DNA of 64,000 nucleotides from Octopus vulgaris (GCA_951406725.2 OX597823.1:41974001-42038000); one strand, 5' to 3'. Numbered from the stretch's first letter, positions 12,090 through 25,317 are shown. Notes: generated from the sequence alone by a model not told the origin. Numbers and translations are program-made.

Positions 12090-12720
12090 TCTTCTTTAAC
12101 CAAAAATTTTCAGGGTAGATGGACATGTCAGTCAGCACCAATGGCCTTAGCAGTTTACTAGTGCTTTATTTTATCAGTCAAAGAAGATTAAAAGGCAAAA
12201 TCAGCCTTGGCTCAGTATGTAATGATCCAAAATAAATATGACAAGGTGTCTTATCCCATGCTTAAGTCATTCTGCCAGTGCTGTGCCCTAACACATAAAC
12301 ATACATTTACTCACTTATACATATATATACACACACAAATACACTCCGTCAACAATAGTGATTATTTCTAATTTAGGCACAAGGTCAGCTATTTGTGATA
12401 GGGATATGGGGTTAGTCAATTACCAGTATTAGACTGGTACCTTATTTTATCAACATGAAATGGTGAAAAGTAAAATTAGCCTCACTAGCCTCTGGACTCA
12501 GAGCATAAAGAGCTGAGAAAAATACTGTAATGCCTTATGTTTGATTCATTCACTATTCTGCCAATCCACTGCCCTTATTTTAATAATTTCTAATATAAGC
12601 ACAAGGCTAGGAATTTTAGGGGCAGAATGGGGCCATAGGTTAGTCAATACTGTTGACCCTAGTATTTGACTGGTATTTTATTTCATCACTCCCAAAGGGA
12701 TAAATGAAAAAGTTGATCTC
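12090..12720 (-). mobile_element. Cluster of three degraded family C SINE copies
   Basis: Repeated ctggtac/tggtattttatt...aaaggcaaa/aaaagtaaa...actcag motifs at about 12150, 12430 and 12670. The last copy is cut by the family A copy at 12722. Confidence 0.6.
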
Positions 12721-12721
12721 C

Positions 12722-13130
12722 GAGTGGCTGTGTGGTAAGTAGCTTGCTTACCAACCACATGGTTCCGGGTTCAGTCCCACTGCGTGGCATCTTGGGCAAG
12801 TGTCTTCTGCTATAGCCTCGGGCCGACCAATGCCTTGTGAGTGGATTTGGTAGATGGAAACTGAAAGAAGCCTGTCGTCTATATGTATATATATATGTAT
12901 GTGTGTGTATATGTTTGTGTGTCTGTGTTTGTCCCCTTAGCATTGCTTGACAACCGATGCTGGCGTGTTTACGTCCCCGTCACTTAGCGGTTCGGCAAAA
13001 GAGACCGATAGAATGAGTACTGGGCTTACAAAGAATAAGTCCCGGGGTCGATTTGCTCGACTAAAGGCGGTGCTCCAGCATGGCCGCAGTCAAATGACTG
13101 AAACAAGTAAAAGAGTAAAAGAGTAAAAGA
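12722..13130 (+). mobile_element. tRNA-derived SINE family A, young intact copy
   Basis: A box tggctgtgtggtaag, B box ggttcagtccc, CORE-like cttgggcaagt, internal microsatellite and (GTAAAAGA)n tail. CpGs are retained. It may correspond to a published octopus tRNA-SINE (not verified). Confidence 0.92.
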
Positions 13131-13759
13131 ACCAGAAGCAGTATAAAACATCAATAAACAAACCTTATTGTGTTGTAAGTTCACTCAGCCAAGAGGTATA
13201 GAAAGCACAGCTGATGCCTGACTCAGTTGTTTCCATAGCAATTAATTAGCCCTAACTAACACAAATAATGCCAAAACATCTTTTATAATTTCAAGTATAT
13301 ATTGATATTATGTTTAAGTATGTGTATAAAGTTATAAATGACAGAGAAACAGTACAATAAAAATATATTTAACTGTAAGAAAATTTAAATATCGTGGCAA
13401 ATTGTTTCATAACTTAAAGCATGTAATGATAATTTATATTATATTTAATAATAAATAAATTGCTTACATGTCTGCATTAATGCAAAATGCAAAAAAATCT
13501 TTGAAAATAATACTGTAATTAAGCTATGTCCTCAGGTGAAAGAAAATCTTTGTTAAATACTAGTCTCAACATGATATTAGAATTTTCTTATAGTTAGATA
13601 AATTTTCATCATAGTATATCTCTGTCATTTATAACTTTATACACTCCATATTGTTTTCTCTTGAATCATATGATATATTCTATATGCTTTGTAGAATGAT
13701 ACATTAAGGAGATTTTTTTATGAGTACTACCAGATTACTTGGATCCATATGTTGTGACT

Positions 13760-13831
<72 letters not shown>

Positions 13832-13948
13832 TGCAAATAAACAAATAAAACACTTCGGGCTAAATATATAAGATACACAAATATAAACATGTAAATAGAG
13901 AAAAACAAAGATTTTCAGTTCTATATTTAAGAAATGAGGAATTACGTA

Positions 13949-14057
13949 CATTATTTACATTTGACAGATATTTGTCCTCATCTTGTTTATTGTTAACAGC
14001 TGAAACATGTTAACAACAAACAAAATAAGGACAAATATTCGTCAAATGTAAATAATG
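13949..14057. repeat. ~110 bp palindrome
   Basis: cattatttacatttgacagatatttgtcct...ttgttaaca pairs with tgttaacaa...aggacaaatattcgtcaaatgtaaataatg. Confidence 0.85.
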
Positions 14058-14347
14058 AACAAACACTTTGTCTCGCTATTTATATGTATGTATGTATGTA
14101 CGTATATTTTCTATACCTAGCCCAAGTGGGTTTATTTGTTTATTTGCATTATTATCTGTACATCTACTCACCTAGATTCCTCTTATAGCTATGCTTTCCC
14201 CTATGGACTTTGTCCTCAATAAAGATTTAGGAGTATGCTCAAACCATTTGGCCACTACTAAGGGTTTTCTATATTGAGCGTCTCTGGATCTCATCTGTTG
14301 ACTCTCTCTCTCTCTCTTTATATATATATATATATATATATATATCC

Positions 14348-14695
14348 TCATCATCATCGTCATCGTCGTTTAGCGTCCGCTTTCCATGCTAGCATGTTTG
14401 GACGGTTCAGCTGGGGACTGGGAAGCCAGAAGGCTGCACCAGGCCCAGTCTGATCTGGCAATGTTTCTATGGCTGGATGCCCTTCCTTATGCCAACCACT
14501 CCGTGAGTATAGTGGGTGCTTTTTACGTGCCACCGACACAGGTGCCAGGGGAGGCTGGCAGCAACCACGATCGATTGGTGCTTTTTACGTGCCACCGGCA
14601 TGGAGGCCAGTTGGGGTCGCGCTGGCAACGGCCACTTTCAGATGGTTCTCATACATGCCCCCGGCACTGGTATCACAGCTACAATTTCCATTGTA
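14348..14695 (-). mobile_element. Non-autonomous retroposon family B with (GAT)n tail (possibly RTE-mobilised)
   Basis: Reverse complement of the copy at 23632-23915, with internal repeats of gtggcacgtaaaaagcacc. Confidence 0.8.
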
Positions 14696-14719
14696 TAGAT
14701 GTATATATGTATATATGTA

Positions 14720-14767
<48 letters not shown>

Positions 14768-14779
14768 TCTACTATAGCT

Positions 14780-15119
14780 TGCAACCATGCTGGAGCACCA
14801 CTTTTAGTCAAACAATTTGATCCCAGGACTTATTCTTTGTAAACTTAGTACTATTCTATCGATCACTTTTGCCAAGCCGATAAGTTACTGGGATGTAAAA
14901 CTACCATCGGTTGTCAAGCGAAGTTGGGGAGACAAATACACAAGTACACACACATATGTAATACGATGGGCTTCTTTCAGTTTCTGTCTACCAAATCCAC
15001 TCACAAGGCTTTGGTTGACCCGAGGCTATAGTAGAAGACACTTACCCATGGTGCCATGCAGTGGGACTGAACCCGGAACCATGTGGTTGGTATGCAAGCT
15101 ACTTACCACACAGCCACTC
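14780..15119 (-). mobile_element. SINE family A
   Basis: Matches the 12722 copy in reverse orientation. Confidence 0.85.
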
Positions 15120-15834
15120 TTATATAGAATAATGGTACAACAATGCACCAATATTTACTGGAAATAGCAGTTGAGTTGTAATAATGAAGTGAAATCAATT
15201 AATGATCTTTTGAAAGCATTTAATATGCGCATTTCAGATCTGTGAATTTTCTGTGTTTCCTATTATATAGATTACACAGATTTGGAACATATATATTCAA
15301 TGTTTCCAAAATATCATTATTTGCTTTGACTTCAGTATTACAACTGATACAAGCACAAACCAACCTCTCCTGATTCCACTTCCGCAGATACTCTGACAAG
15401 GATTTGGAGTAGTTTGCTGTATTTGACTTGTCCAAAATTCTGGTAGCATTCATTGCTTCTTAGCAAAACACTAAAATCTACCTATCTATCATTCATCCAT
15501 CCATATATTATATGCATAAACACACACACACACACACATATATCTTTTATCTTTTACTTCAGTCATTTAACTGTGGCCATGCTGGGGCATCACCTTGAAG
15601 GGTTTTAGTTGAACAAATGAACCCTAGGACTTATTTTTTGAAGCCTAGTACTTATTCTATTGTTGTCTTTTCCTGAACCACTAAGTTACCCACTAAGTTA
15701 CAGGGACATAAACACACCAGTGCTAGTTGTCAAGCAGTGGTGATGGTCTTTAATGTGTTTTGTTGAATGGGGGCCTATTTATTAGGCAACAACAGTATTA
15801 ATTATAATGATATGATAATAATAATAATAATAAT

Positions 15835-16050
15835 CCTCTCTTCTCTGGGCACAAGACCTGAGACTTGGAGGTGAGGGAGCTATTTGATTACATTGACCCA
15901 AATATTCAACCTGATACTTGCTTCATTGACCCTGAAGGGTGAAAAGTGAAGTTGACGTTGGTGAAATTTGAACTCAGAAACTTAACTAGCTGTAAGAAAT
16001 GCTGCTACGCATTTTGTCCGATACATTAACAATTCTACCAGCTCACTGCC
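15835..16050 (-). mobile_element. SINE family C
   Basis: gaccctgaagggtgaaaagtgaagttgac...aatttgaactcagaa...ctaccagctcactgcc, flanked by (AAT)n. Confidence 0.75.
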
Positions 16051-16355
16051 CTAATAATTACAACAACAGCAATAATAATGATGACAACAATTATGATAAT
16101 AGCAATAATAACAATGATGATAATGATGATGATTATGATGATGGTGACAATGGTTGTGGTAGTGATGACTTTGTTAAATTTGATTATATTCTATCACATC
16201 CATCATTAATTGTTTTTTTTCTGATTGGGTTTTGGGTTGTAATTTTTTTTTTAGTTGTGTTTTTCCATCTTTTGTTTTTGTCTTTGACTGATTGCTTCAT
16301 TGAGTTGAAATTTAATTAAAGATAGCGGGTCACACATCAAACCATTTCATGCACG

Positions 16356-16386
<31 letters not shown>

Positions 16387-16510
16387 TCCTACACCATGTG
16401 TTTGTCAATGTGTATAAGAGAGAGGGGAGGGAGAGTGAGGGTAAGAAAGAAAGAGAGTGTAACTTCAAGATTAAAATAGAATTTCTTTACTTCTCACATT
16501 ATTTAATAAC

Positions 16511-16595
<85 letters not shown>

Positions 16596-17168
16596 AGAAA
16601 GAGAGACAATAAAGGAATAAATGGTTATCTAATGTGCTTCATTAGCTCACAGTTGTTTCTGCTATAAGATGCAGTGGACTCATAGTTGAGTGCCTGAATA
16701 ACACCTTATGGCTTCATTGGAGCCTCGAATATGAAGTGCAAACATATGTATATTGAGTTCTACAACAGGTTATTAGTTTTGCAATGCCTAAGCAAAATAT
16801 ACATATATACTAGTATGTAGATACTTACATATATTCATATATATATATACACACACACACAAAAAAGAATTACATATATGTTATATATATACTACAAATA
16901 GAGAATAAAATTTTTTTCAGAAAACAATTTCATCAAAAGCGGCATATTAAAATACCATTAAAGGTTAAAATTATAAACAACTTATAAACAAGGGCAAAAT
17001 AATTTTTCTGTTGCCCTTGTTTATAAGTTGTATATATAATAATAATATACGTTGTATATATAATAAAAATGTGAAGTACCTGCTGTAAAGTGGTTGGCAC
17101 GGGGAAGCGCATCCAGTTGTAGGAAACCTGCCAAAACAGACACTGGTGCATAATGCATTCGCTGGACC

Positions 17169-17202
<34 letters not shown>

Positions 17203-17218
17203 CATTATTATCATTATT

Positions 17219-17385
17219 ATTCAGTAGTCTTATTTTTATCATGTGCTTTCACTGCTCTACCAAGTGCAGCTCTGTGTGCCTTGGGTATGTGCTGTGGTTT
17301 GTTGTGATGCTCTTATTGTTACTGTATAGAAAGTGTTTTACGTAGGATGCATATGGTACCTAGTAGTGCTATTTTCTGTATATTG
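17219..17385 (-). mobile_element. R4/Dong-like LINE 3' end within (TAT)n
   Basis: Minus strand gives NIQKIALLGTICILRKTLSIQ* plus a 3' UTR shared with the copies near 28620, 35960 and 62126. Confidence 0.8.
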
Positions 17386-17436
17386 TTGTTGTTGTTATTA
17401 TTATTATTATTATTATTATATCATCCCAGAACTACT

Positions 17437-17745
17437 TTGTGAGGATGCATAGCTTAGTGTTTAGATTGTTGCATTTACGATCACGACATCATGGTTTCAA
17501 TTCTCAAACTAGGAGGTACATTGTGTTCTTGAGCACAAACACTTTTTCTCACATTGCTCTGCTATCACTTCAACACCTGATGTGTGGTACACTGTGCATA
17601 TGTTCAGGCGACATCGATCTGATCAAGGGAAGGAGCTAGTGCATGGAACATACATTTGATCACTATAAACAAATCATCTGTGAAGGTTGTTCAGCAAAAG
17701 CTGAACACTCATACGTCATTGTCAATGGGAGAGTTCATCATTATT
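17437..17745 (+). mobile_element. tRNA-headed SINE (family D-like) with an 11 bp target-site duplication
   Basis: Head tagcttagtgtttag...gtttcaattc...tgtgttcttgagca. Flanking direct repeat ccagaactact at 17426-17436 and 17746-17756. Confidence 0.75.
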
Positions 17746-18799
17746 CCAGAACTACTATAAATCTTATTCAATACCATGAAACATTGTTATATTATTGTTC
17801 TCTTATCAAGCATAATTCATGTATTTTGATGTGTTTTTAAGATTTGTAATATTATAATATTTATGTTTTATTTAACAAATGAAATTTCATATATTTTACA
17901 GTATTACAGAATTTATTTTTCCATTTTGTTTTCTAATTTCAGTTAAAAACAGAAATAAAGATTCATGTAAGTCAAAAATCTTTTATTTATTTAAAAATTT
18001 TTTATGTTTGTATAAGATTTGGTCAAAAGCAACTGATTCTATATATATAAAAAAAATCAAAAGATTTGTTATTGGTTTCATTAAGTATATTACCTCTTTT
18101 TTAAAAAAGTTATTTTCCCCCCAAATAATGTTTTAAACTTTTGTGAAAAAATGTTCTGATTGTAATCAAAGTGAATTTACTTGTTGTGAACATTCAAACT
18201 GGTAACATGTTTATAAAATTACAAATAATGTAATTTTCCTGAATTACATATATATACATATACACTCACACATACATACATACATACATAAATACATACA
18301 TACATACTTACATACATACATACATAGATACATACATACATTCATACATTCATACATACATACATACATATATATCTATGGACAATTGATGAGGAGTTTG
18401 CCCATCCAGTACCCAAGATACACTTTCAGCTTCATACTTAATATTTTTGGAGTAACAGGATATGTACCAACCAAGCAGGAGGAAAGGAATGGCTGAACTT
18501 GGGTTCTTGGGGAAGGATGCAACTCCTTAATTCACATGTTGCATATGATCACAATACCTGGTACAATAAAATTTTGCAAGACATTTTTGACATTGAAAGA
18601 TTGATAAACAAAACAAGATGCTTTCCTTCACAACCTCACTACCGAGTGGGTAGTCAGCCAAAATTAACTTTAAATTAAGAAGAGAAAGAAGCATGTAATC
18701 ATGTGTGCATACATACACACACATACGTACATACATACATACATACATACATACATACATACATACATACATACATACATACATACATACATACATACA

Positions 18800-19990
18800 A
18801 GTTGATGGGAAAAGGAAAGAAGATAATTATGGTCAACTGTTTTGAAACTTCAGTTTTTACAAGGTGCATTCAAAAAAGATCTGGCTTAATTTTTTACTAT
18901 CAAAACTAATGTCACATGGGCAAAATCCTTTGAGTGGGAGGTGCCACCACCCTTCCACCTTGTGCATGAAAATATTTGTGTGCGAAAATTTTTGTCCCAA
19001 TAGGCCATGTCAGTTCCCAGCTATTATGCCTAGAGTACGAATGTATAGCGTATGCTTGTGAGATTTTCACTTTCATGAAACATGTCTAGTAGAGATATTG
19101 CATCAAGTTATGCTAAAAGGTTGGTTATACTCAAGCTCAAACCATTCATAACATTCAACAGGCCTTTGGCAATGTTGCCACGGGCAAAACTCACAGCAAG
19201 GAGTGGTACAACCACTTCAAACATAGCTGCATCTCATTGGAGAGTGAGACACAGTCAAGCAGGCCATCCTCAAGCCAAAATGAGGAGTCAATTGAGAAGG
19301 CTTAGCAAATTGTCATAGAAGACTGTTGAGTAACAATCCAGAAAATTGCCTACAAATTGCAAATAATCACAGGATCAGTTCATCCTATTTTAGTAGAGAA
19401 TTTGTAAATGCAGAGAATGTTGGCATAGGACATGCTAGATTGTGCAAAACACAACCCAGACTTCACTGGTGATGCGACATAAGTTCGATGCATTCAATTA
19501 TCTTGTACAAAAGCGAACATCCAACAAGCATGCAATACACACCTGTACTCTAGCCATAATAGCCAGGAACTGATACATTTTCTGGTATGAAAATTTTCAT
19601 ACATATGCAGGAAGGGTGGCACTACCTCTCACTCAAAGGATTTTGCCCAAACAGCAACAGTTTTTATGGGAAGGATACTTTTTGAACACACCTCGTGTAT
19701 CCAGAATATATACTCTCATTGATACCAATAATAATTGGTGCACTAGGTTTTATTAGTAAATACCTAAACAACAGCCCGGGTAAGCTGGGATTTTTAGAAA
19801 AAGAAAATAAACCAGCTGACTTGTACATTACAAATACAAATTGTGAGCAGAACAGTAAAAAACATGCCAGACTTTTCTCAAATTCAAAATGTGATATTGT
19901 TTTTGTTATCTACATTCCAATGCTGGAGCTTTGTATCTTTATCAGAAAACCACATTATTCCTTACAATAAGACTTGGAATAATTGAAAAT
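18800..19990 (+). mobile_element. REL-type LINE C-terminal remnant, interrupted by the mariner
   Basis: Joining 18800-18859 to 19698 onward restores DNYGQL...LYPEYILSLIPIIIGALGFISKYL. A related fragment lies at about 18378-18480 (YGQLMRSLPIQYPRYTFSF). Confidence 0.6.
18860..19695 (+). mobile_element. Mariner element, internally deleted, with ~115 bp TIRs
   Basis: TIRs caaggtgcattcaaaaa...gggcaaaatcctttgagtg and cactcaaaggattttgccc...tttttgaacacacctcg, with TA/TG flanks. Internal translation RYCIKLC*KVGYTQAQTIHNIQQAFG...KEWYNHFK...SSRPSSSQNEESIEK...GSVHPILVENL is the mariner N-terminal HTH region. Confidence 0.9.
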
Positions 19991-20925
19991 AGGAGTGAAG
20001 ACACATGCATGCATGCACACACTCACGTACACGCACACACACACATTTGTGATTGTAACAGACATTAAAGGATACTGTGGGTAAAATTCTTCATCAGGAG
20101 AAACAAATTTACTTGAGGCAATAAATACCATTTGGCCTGAGACACATAAAGCAAAACAAAAATTTGATCATAACAAATTATGTTGAACATTTCCCCATAA
20201 AAATTGAGTCTAAATGTCTATATTGAATGCTATTTTAGCCATCATACTTCATATGAAATATGAGAAAGTACAGTTTTATGAATGCTTAGAACAGGAATCC
20301 ATTTCTTCAATAAGTGTATATATGTCTTACAAGTTCTACTGGTCAGTCATCTTTATTTAAATATATTAAATTCTCTCCCCATGCACTACACCTACCATTC
20401 TCCCTAACACTCATGCAACCTACACAATCACTCATATCTTTCTCTATCTGTCTTCTTCTCTCTCTTATTCTGTCTAACGTTTTGTCTGACCCTCTCTCTC
20501 CATTGCCCTGTCTATTTTATCATCTTTACTGTACTTCTGCTGTCTACTCCAATCATCAGTGATCATTTCTTCCCCCCACTACTTATCCACCATTTACTAA
20601 TCCACCCCTAAGGCAAAAGTGGGGCGAAATCTACTCTCTAAAAGAGATAAATATGTTGAAGTAGTGACATTAATCACTAATATGTTTATTTAAAAAATAA
20701 ATCAAGAAATTTCTTATTGCTTTCATCTCTCTCTAAATAAAATCCTTTGTCTCTCTCTGTCTATCTATTGCCTATACATTCTCAAACAGCTCCACCAAAT
20801 CAAATCAAATCAAATTTCATAAGGTAATAGTATTAGACCCCGCAAGTGTCAACATGTAAATTTTATTTCTATTTGGATTAAAACAATATAACATTTTGTC
20901 AAAAATAATCTTTCTGTAGTCAACT

Positions 20926-21325
20926 ATAGTAAAGAACATTTTATACTACCACGACGATGGCATCACATTTTGTACATGGGTGTATATGTGTCTGTGACTG
21001 TGTGTGTGTGTGTGTGTTTGTGCATTCATTATGTATGACATAGTAAAGGACATTTTATGCCATGATGACAACGACAACACATTTTGCATATGAATGTGCA
21101 TGTGTCTGTCAGTGAGTGTGTTTGTGAGTTCATTACATACGAAATTTTATGCCACAACAACGACACGTTTTGTTTATGTATCTGTGAGTGTTTGTATGTT
21201 TGCACATTCATTATGTACCACGTAGTAAAGGACATTTTATACTGCCACCACCACCATGACACATTTTGTAAATGAGTGTATGTGTCTGTGAGTGTGTGTG
21301 TGTGTGTTTGCACGTTCATTACATA
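20926..21325. repeat. Imperfect minisatellite of about 4 units of ~85-115 bp, upstream of the Helitron helicase
   Basis: Recurrent tagtaaaggacattttat...acacattttg...gtgtctgtgagtgtgtg...ttcatta. Confidence 0.7.
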
Positions 21326-21499
21326 AATGTTTGTCTGTGTCTCTGTCTTAGTATATGTATGTGAGTGTATGTGTGTGTCAGTGTACGTGAGAGTGTATGT
21401 GGGTGTCAGTGTATGTGTGATTGTCAATTACACTGATGTAAACAGACTTGTAAAGGAACTATACTGGCTCCAACTAGTGAAATGGTTAGAAATTACTTT

Positions 21500-22009
21500 T
21501 CCATCAATTCACACAATAGCCGATCAAGATCAAGCTGTTCAATACCCTGTTGAATTTCTGAACACACTTAAACCCACTGAGCTGCCACCACATAACTTGG
21601 CACTAAAGCTGGATGCTCCCATTATGTTGCTTAGGAATCTTGACCCACCTTGCCTGTGTAATGGAACTCATATTATTGTTACTTCCATGTCCTACAGGCA
21701 ACAATCATGACTGGTAGTCACAAAGAAGAAAATATCTTTATTCCAAAATTTCCTCTCATTCCTACAGATGTTCTATTTGAATTTAAGAGGCTTCAATTTC
21801 CAGTCAAACTAAGTTTTGGAATTTCAATTAACAAATCTCAGGGTCAATCCCTCAAGGTAGTCGGACTTCATCACTGTACTACATGCTTCTCCCACAGCCA
21901 ACTCTATGTTGGTTGCTCACAAGCTGGAAGCAGCAACAATTTATTCAATTGGACACAAACAAAAAATTACACAATGAATATCATTTACCTTGAGGTGCTT
22001 CAAGTTTGA
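21500..22009 (+). pseudogene. Helitron RepHel PIF1-family helicase C-terminal remnant (frameshifted/deleted)
   Basis: YPVEFLNTLKPTELPPHNLALKLDAPIMLLRNLDPPCLCNGT, then IFIPKFPLIPTDVLFEFKRLQFPVKLSFGISINKSQGQSL...CFSHSQLYVGCSQ. These are canonical PIF1/Helitron C-terminal motifs, with decayed conserved residues. Confidence 0.92.
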
Positions 22010-23113
22010 CAGATTTTCATTTCTAAATTCTTTTATATTAATCTGAATAATTTTTTAATAAAATATAGACTGGTCTATGGATTGAACCTAAGTTGGTTTG
22101 CTAAAGTCTTATGCTTAACACTTACTCAATGTTTACATTCACTATCCCACTGTCCTGTAGGAACTTCAGTGAGTGGTAACTTAGAAACTGGGAACCTAAA
22201 ACTAAACTTTATATTTTATGCTGGGTTTCAATAACCTCTGTTGGCCCAGCATAGAAAGGAACAACAAATGGAAGTCTTTGATTAGGAAAGAACATTAAAC
22301 ATTTAAAATAATAGCAATGATGACAACAACAACAATAAAAATAAAAAGAGAAGTTAAAGGAGGAAGTAATTAGTTAATTCATTAGTATTTAGCTGTCGGT
22401 GTCTAAATAAACAGACAGGACTGTAAAATGTGTTGTATTTGTGAAGATAAATTATAGACACTATTTAATCTCACTGGTACTTGCATCCATCTAACTCCAT
22501 TGCTCATTAGCAACTACACCACAATTTTGGTTTTATTTTAATAAATGAGAACCAGAGAGAAATATCAATTTCAATCAAAGACGTACTATAGTAATGTTCA
22601 TCAATATCTTTAAATATATGTTAGAGTTGGCCGTTATTATCTGGTAGTTAATCTAATTAGCTCTGACCATCCTCTCCAACATCGAACTAAAGAGAACTTG
22701 TAAGTTATATCAATGTAAATCAACTGACTTGCTGGTTTAGAAGTTAGTGATTTGCTCAGACATTTTCTCTAGTTTAGAGTCTCACAGTTTTACAGGTAAA
22801 ATCATAATAATTCATTTTTGTATTTATACTTTTGTCTGATGATTAATAAAAAGACAACTAACTATGTTGGGTTGTAGTCACTTTAAGCCGTGCTTCTTCT
22901 TTTCTTCCTTCCAAAAAAAAAAAAGAGTTTTTATAAGCTAAAATTAAGCAGAACTGCTGCATATGATGGTCCAGGGGTGGGCTGGAAATTTTGAAGAAGA
23001 TATGTGTATGTAGTGCATCTGTTCTTTTGTCTTGACAACATCAATGTCATACACAGTCGACTTGATGGGTCTTCTTCTCAAGCATGACATAATACCAAAG
23101 ATTTCATTCATTA

Positions 23114-23197
23114 CCTCCATGAGGCACAACACTCAAAAGGAACTCGGCCACTTTGCCTCCATGAGATCCAGCACTCAAAAGGAACCCAGCCACTTTG
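23114..23197. repeat. 42 bp tandem repeat, 2 copies
   Basis: cctccatgag...cactcaaaaggaac..(a/g)gccactttg occurs twice in tandem. Confidence 0.85.
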
Positions 23198-23199
23198 CA

Positions 23200-23475
23200 C
23201 ACCAACACCGGCTGTCAAGTGGTAGTTGGGGAACAAACACATGTACAAAGACACACACACACACACACAGACATAGATACACACACGCAAACATGCATAT
23301 ATATATACAACTGGTTTCTTTCCGTTTCCATCTACAAAATCCACTCACAAGGCTTTGGTTGTCCTAAAGCTGTGTTAGAAGATACTTGCCAAGGTGCCAT
23401 GCAATGGGAGATTGAATTCTGAACCATGTGATTTGGAAGCAAGCTACTTACTACAGAGCCATACAGCAGCACCTG
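23200..23475 (-). mobile_element. SINE family A, degraded
   Basis: aaatccactcacaaggctttgg...aaggtgccatgc...gcaagctacttac. Confidence 0.8.
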
Positions 23476-23485
23476 CACACACGTG

Positions 23486-23519
<34 letters not shown>

Positions 23520-23631
23520 CATACATAGAAGTAGGTGTTTCAACACCCTAGTCAGATTTAGTGACAATTATCTTTTTCATTTTTGGTAAAACATTGCACA
23601 ATGCTGTCTATATTAATTATATATATATAAA

Positions 23632-23915
23632 AGCACCGCCTCAACTGGCTTCCGTGCCGGTGGCACATAAAATACACCAATCCGACCGTGGCCGTTGCCA
23701 GCCTCGCCTGGCACCTGTGCAGGTGGCACGTAAAAAGCACCCACTACACTCACGGAGTGGTTGGCGTTAGGAAGGGCATCCAGATGTAGAAACATTGCCA
23801 GATAAGACTGGAGCCTGGTGCAGCCTTCTGGCTTCCCAGATCCCCGGTCGAACCGTCCAACCCATGCTAGCATGGAGAACGGACGTTAAACGATGATGAT
23901 GATGATGATGATGAT
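23632..23915 (+). mobile_element. Retroposon family B, well preserved
   Basis: gagtggttggcgttaggaagggcatccag...aacccatgctagcatgg...ggacgttaaacgatgatgatg. Other copies lie at about 130, 14348, 17075, 25740, 37870, 45370, 54030 and 62681. Confidence 0.85.
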
Positions 23916-24617
23916 ATAAAATCATCATCATCATCGTATAACATCTGCCTTTCATGCTGGCATGGGTGAGCATATATATATGTCTGTATGTAAATAAAAT
24001 ATGGAAGATACTGAATTTGAATGATGTATCTCTGTAAACCATAAAGCCTGGCAAAACATTACACTAAAGTGCTAGCACAACTCTTGACTACTCATTATTT
24101 AAATACAAAAATACATATATACATGCGTCCGTATAGAGAGAGTGTATATGGTTGCTTATGCCAGAATAAACGGGCTCCAAGTTGTCTTCTGAAGATAATG
24201 TACAGTATATAGTTGCATGAAGGTACTTATGTATTGTGGTTAATGTATATTGATGTTATGTTTCTTTATATGGTTTTATGGGATATTGTCTTTTTATATT
24301 TCATTTTCAATTTGGTTTGCAAAATTCTTGATGCAAAATCAGGCATTGCAACATCAGTGACATGCCCTTTTTAGATAGAACTGGAGTAGCAAGGAATGGC
24401 ATTAAGGAGGTTAAGAATGATGGTGAAATGACTCCACTGGACCTAGCTTATTGATTGATTAACTGAATGATAAATCAAATGATCAAACAGTTAATTGGTT
24501 AAATGGTTAATGAGTTGTAGAGCAAGATAATATTACAAACAGAGGATATTGCTTGTATAATGGTGATATTTACAAGTAGAGTAGACAAGGAAATAGGCAC
24601 ACACATATTCATACACT

Positions 24618-24649
<32 letters not shown>

Positions 24650-25317
24650 AACACATTACTGGATAACCTAATTTGCATATACCTGTTTTTCACAGCTCAT
24701 CATAAATTAAATTAATTTAAGCACTGCATAAATCAAAAGAAGTGAAGTAAATTTAAATATTTTAAAATTTTACCTGCAGGTGAAATAAGTATGTTGGCAC
24801 ATTCCTTCAATAATTTGTGGAAAAATTATGGGAGTTTCTTGAAAATCTGTTTCACAACTTGTTAACCATTCCTCAGAGAAGATGTACCTATTTATATACA
24901 CGTTGTCTATAAATGCTTATCAATATAGGATTTCATTATAGGGACAACTCTTCTGTGAAACGATCATAAGATGCTTTAAATAATTAATTCAAAACTTTTA
25001 AACTGTCATATACATTACATATTTATACTTATACATATTTACATATATTTTTATACATATTTATATATTTTTAATACAACAATTATTTTTCACACGTGTA
25101 TATCTTTCTGAGGAGTTTTGATATTGATTTCCTAATATTAATAATAATACATTATCAATATATATATATATATAATCACTCGTATTAAATATATAAATAC
25201 TTTAAAAGTATTAATACTTTGATATAATAGAGCACTCAAAATAAATTCAGAATATAATATTCTCATTTAATATATTTAACTAAAGATTTATATACTCAGT
25301 TATTGTAGATTTTAATG

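Noticed and set aside
12722-12795. tRNA gene-like heads with A and B boxes
   Set aside because: They continue into shared SINE bodies and tails and lack a complete cloverleaf, so they are SINE heads rather than tRNA genes.
15220-15453. 77-aa minus-strand ORF in non-repeat-looking sequence (similarly 26258-26482)
   Set aside because: No recognisable domain or splice context, and the length is compatible with chance.
21327-22009. Host PIF1 helicase gene
   Set aside because: Intronless, truncated and frameshifted, with decayed motifs and Helitron-type sequence, so it is a transposon remnant.
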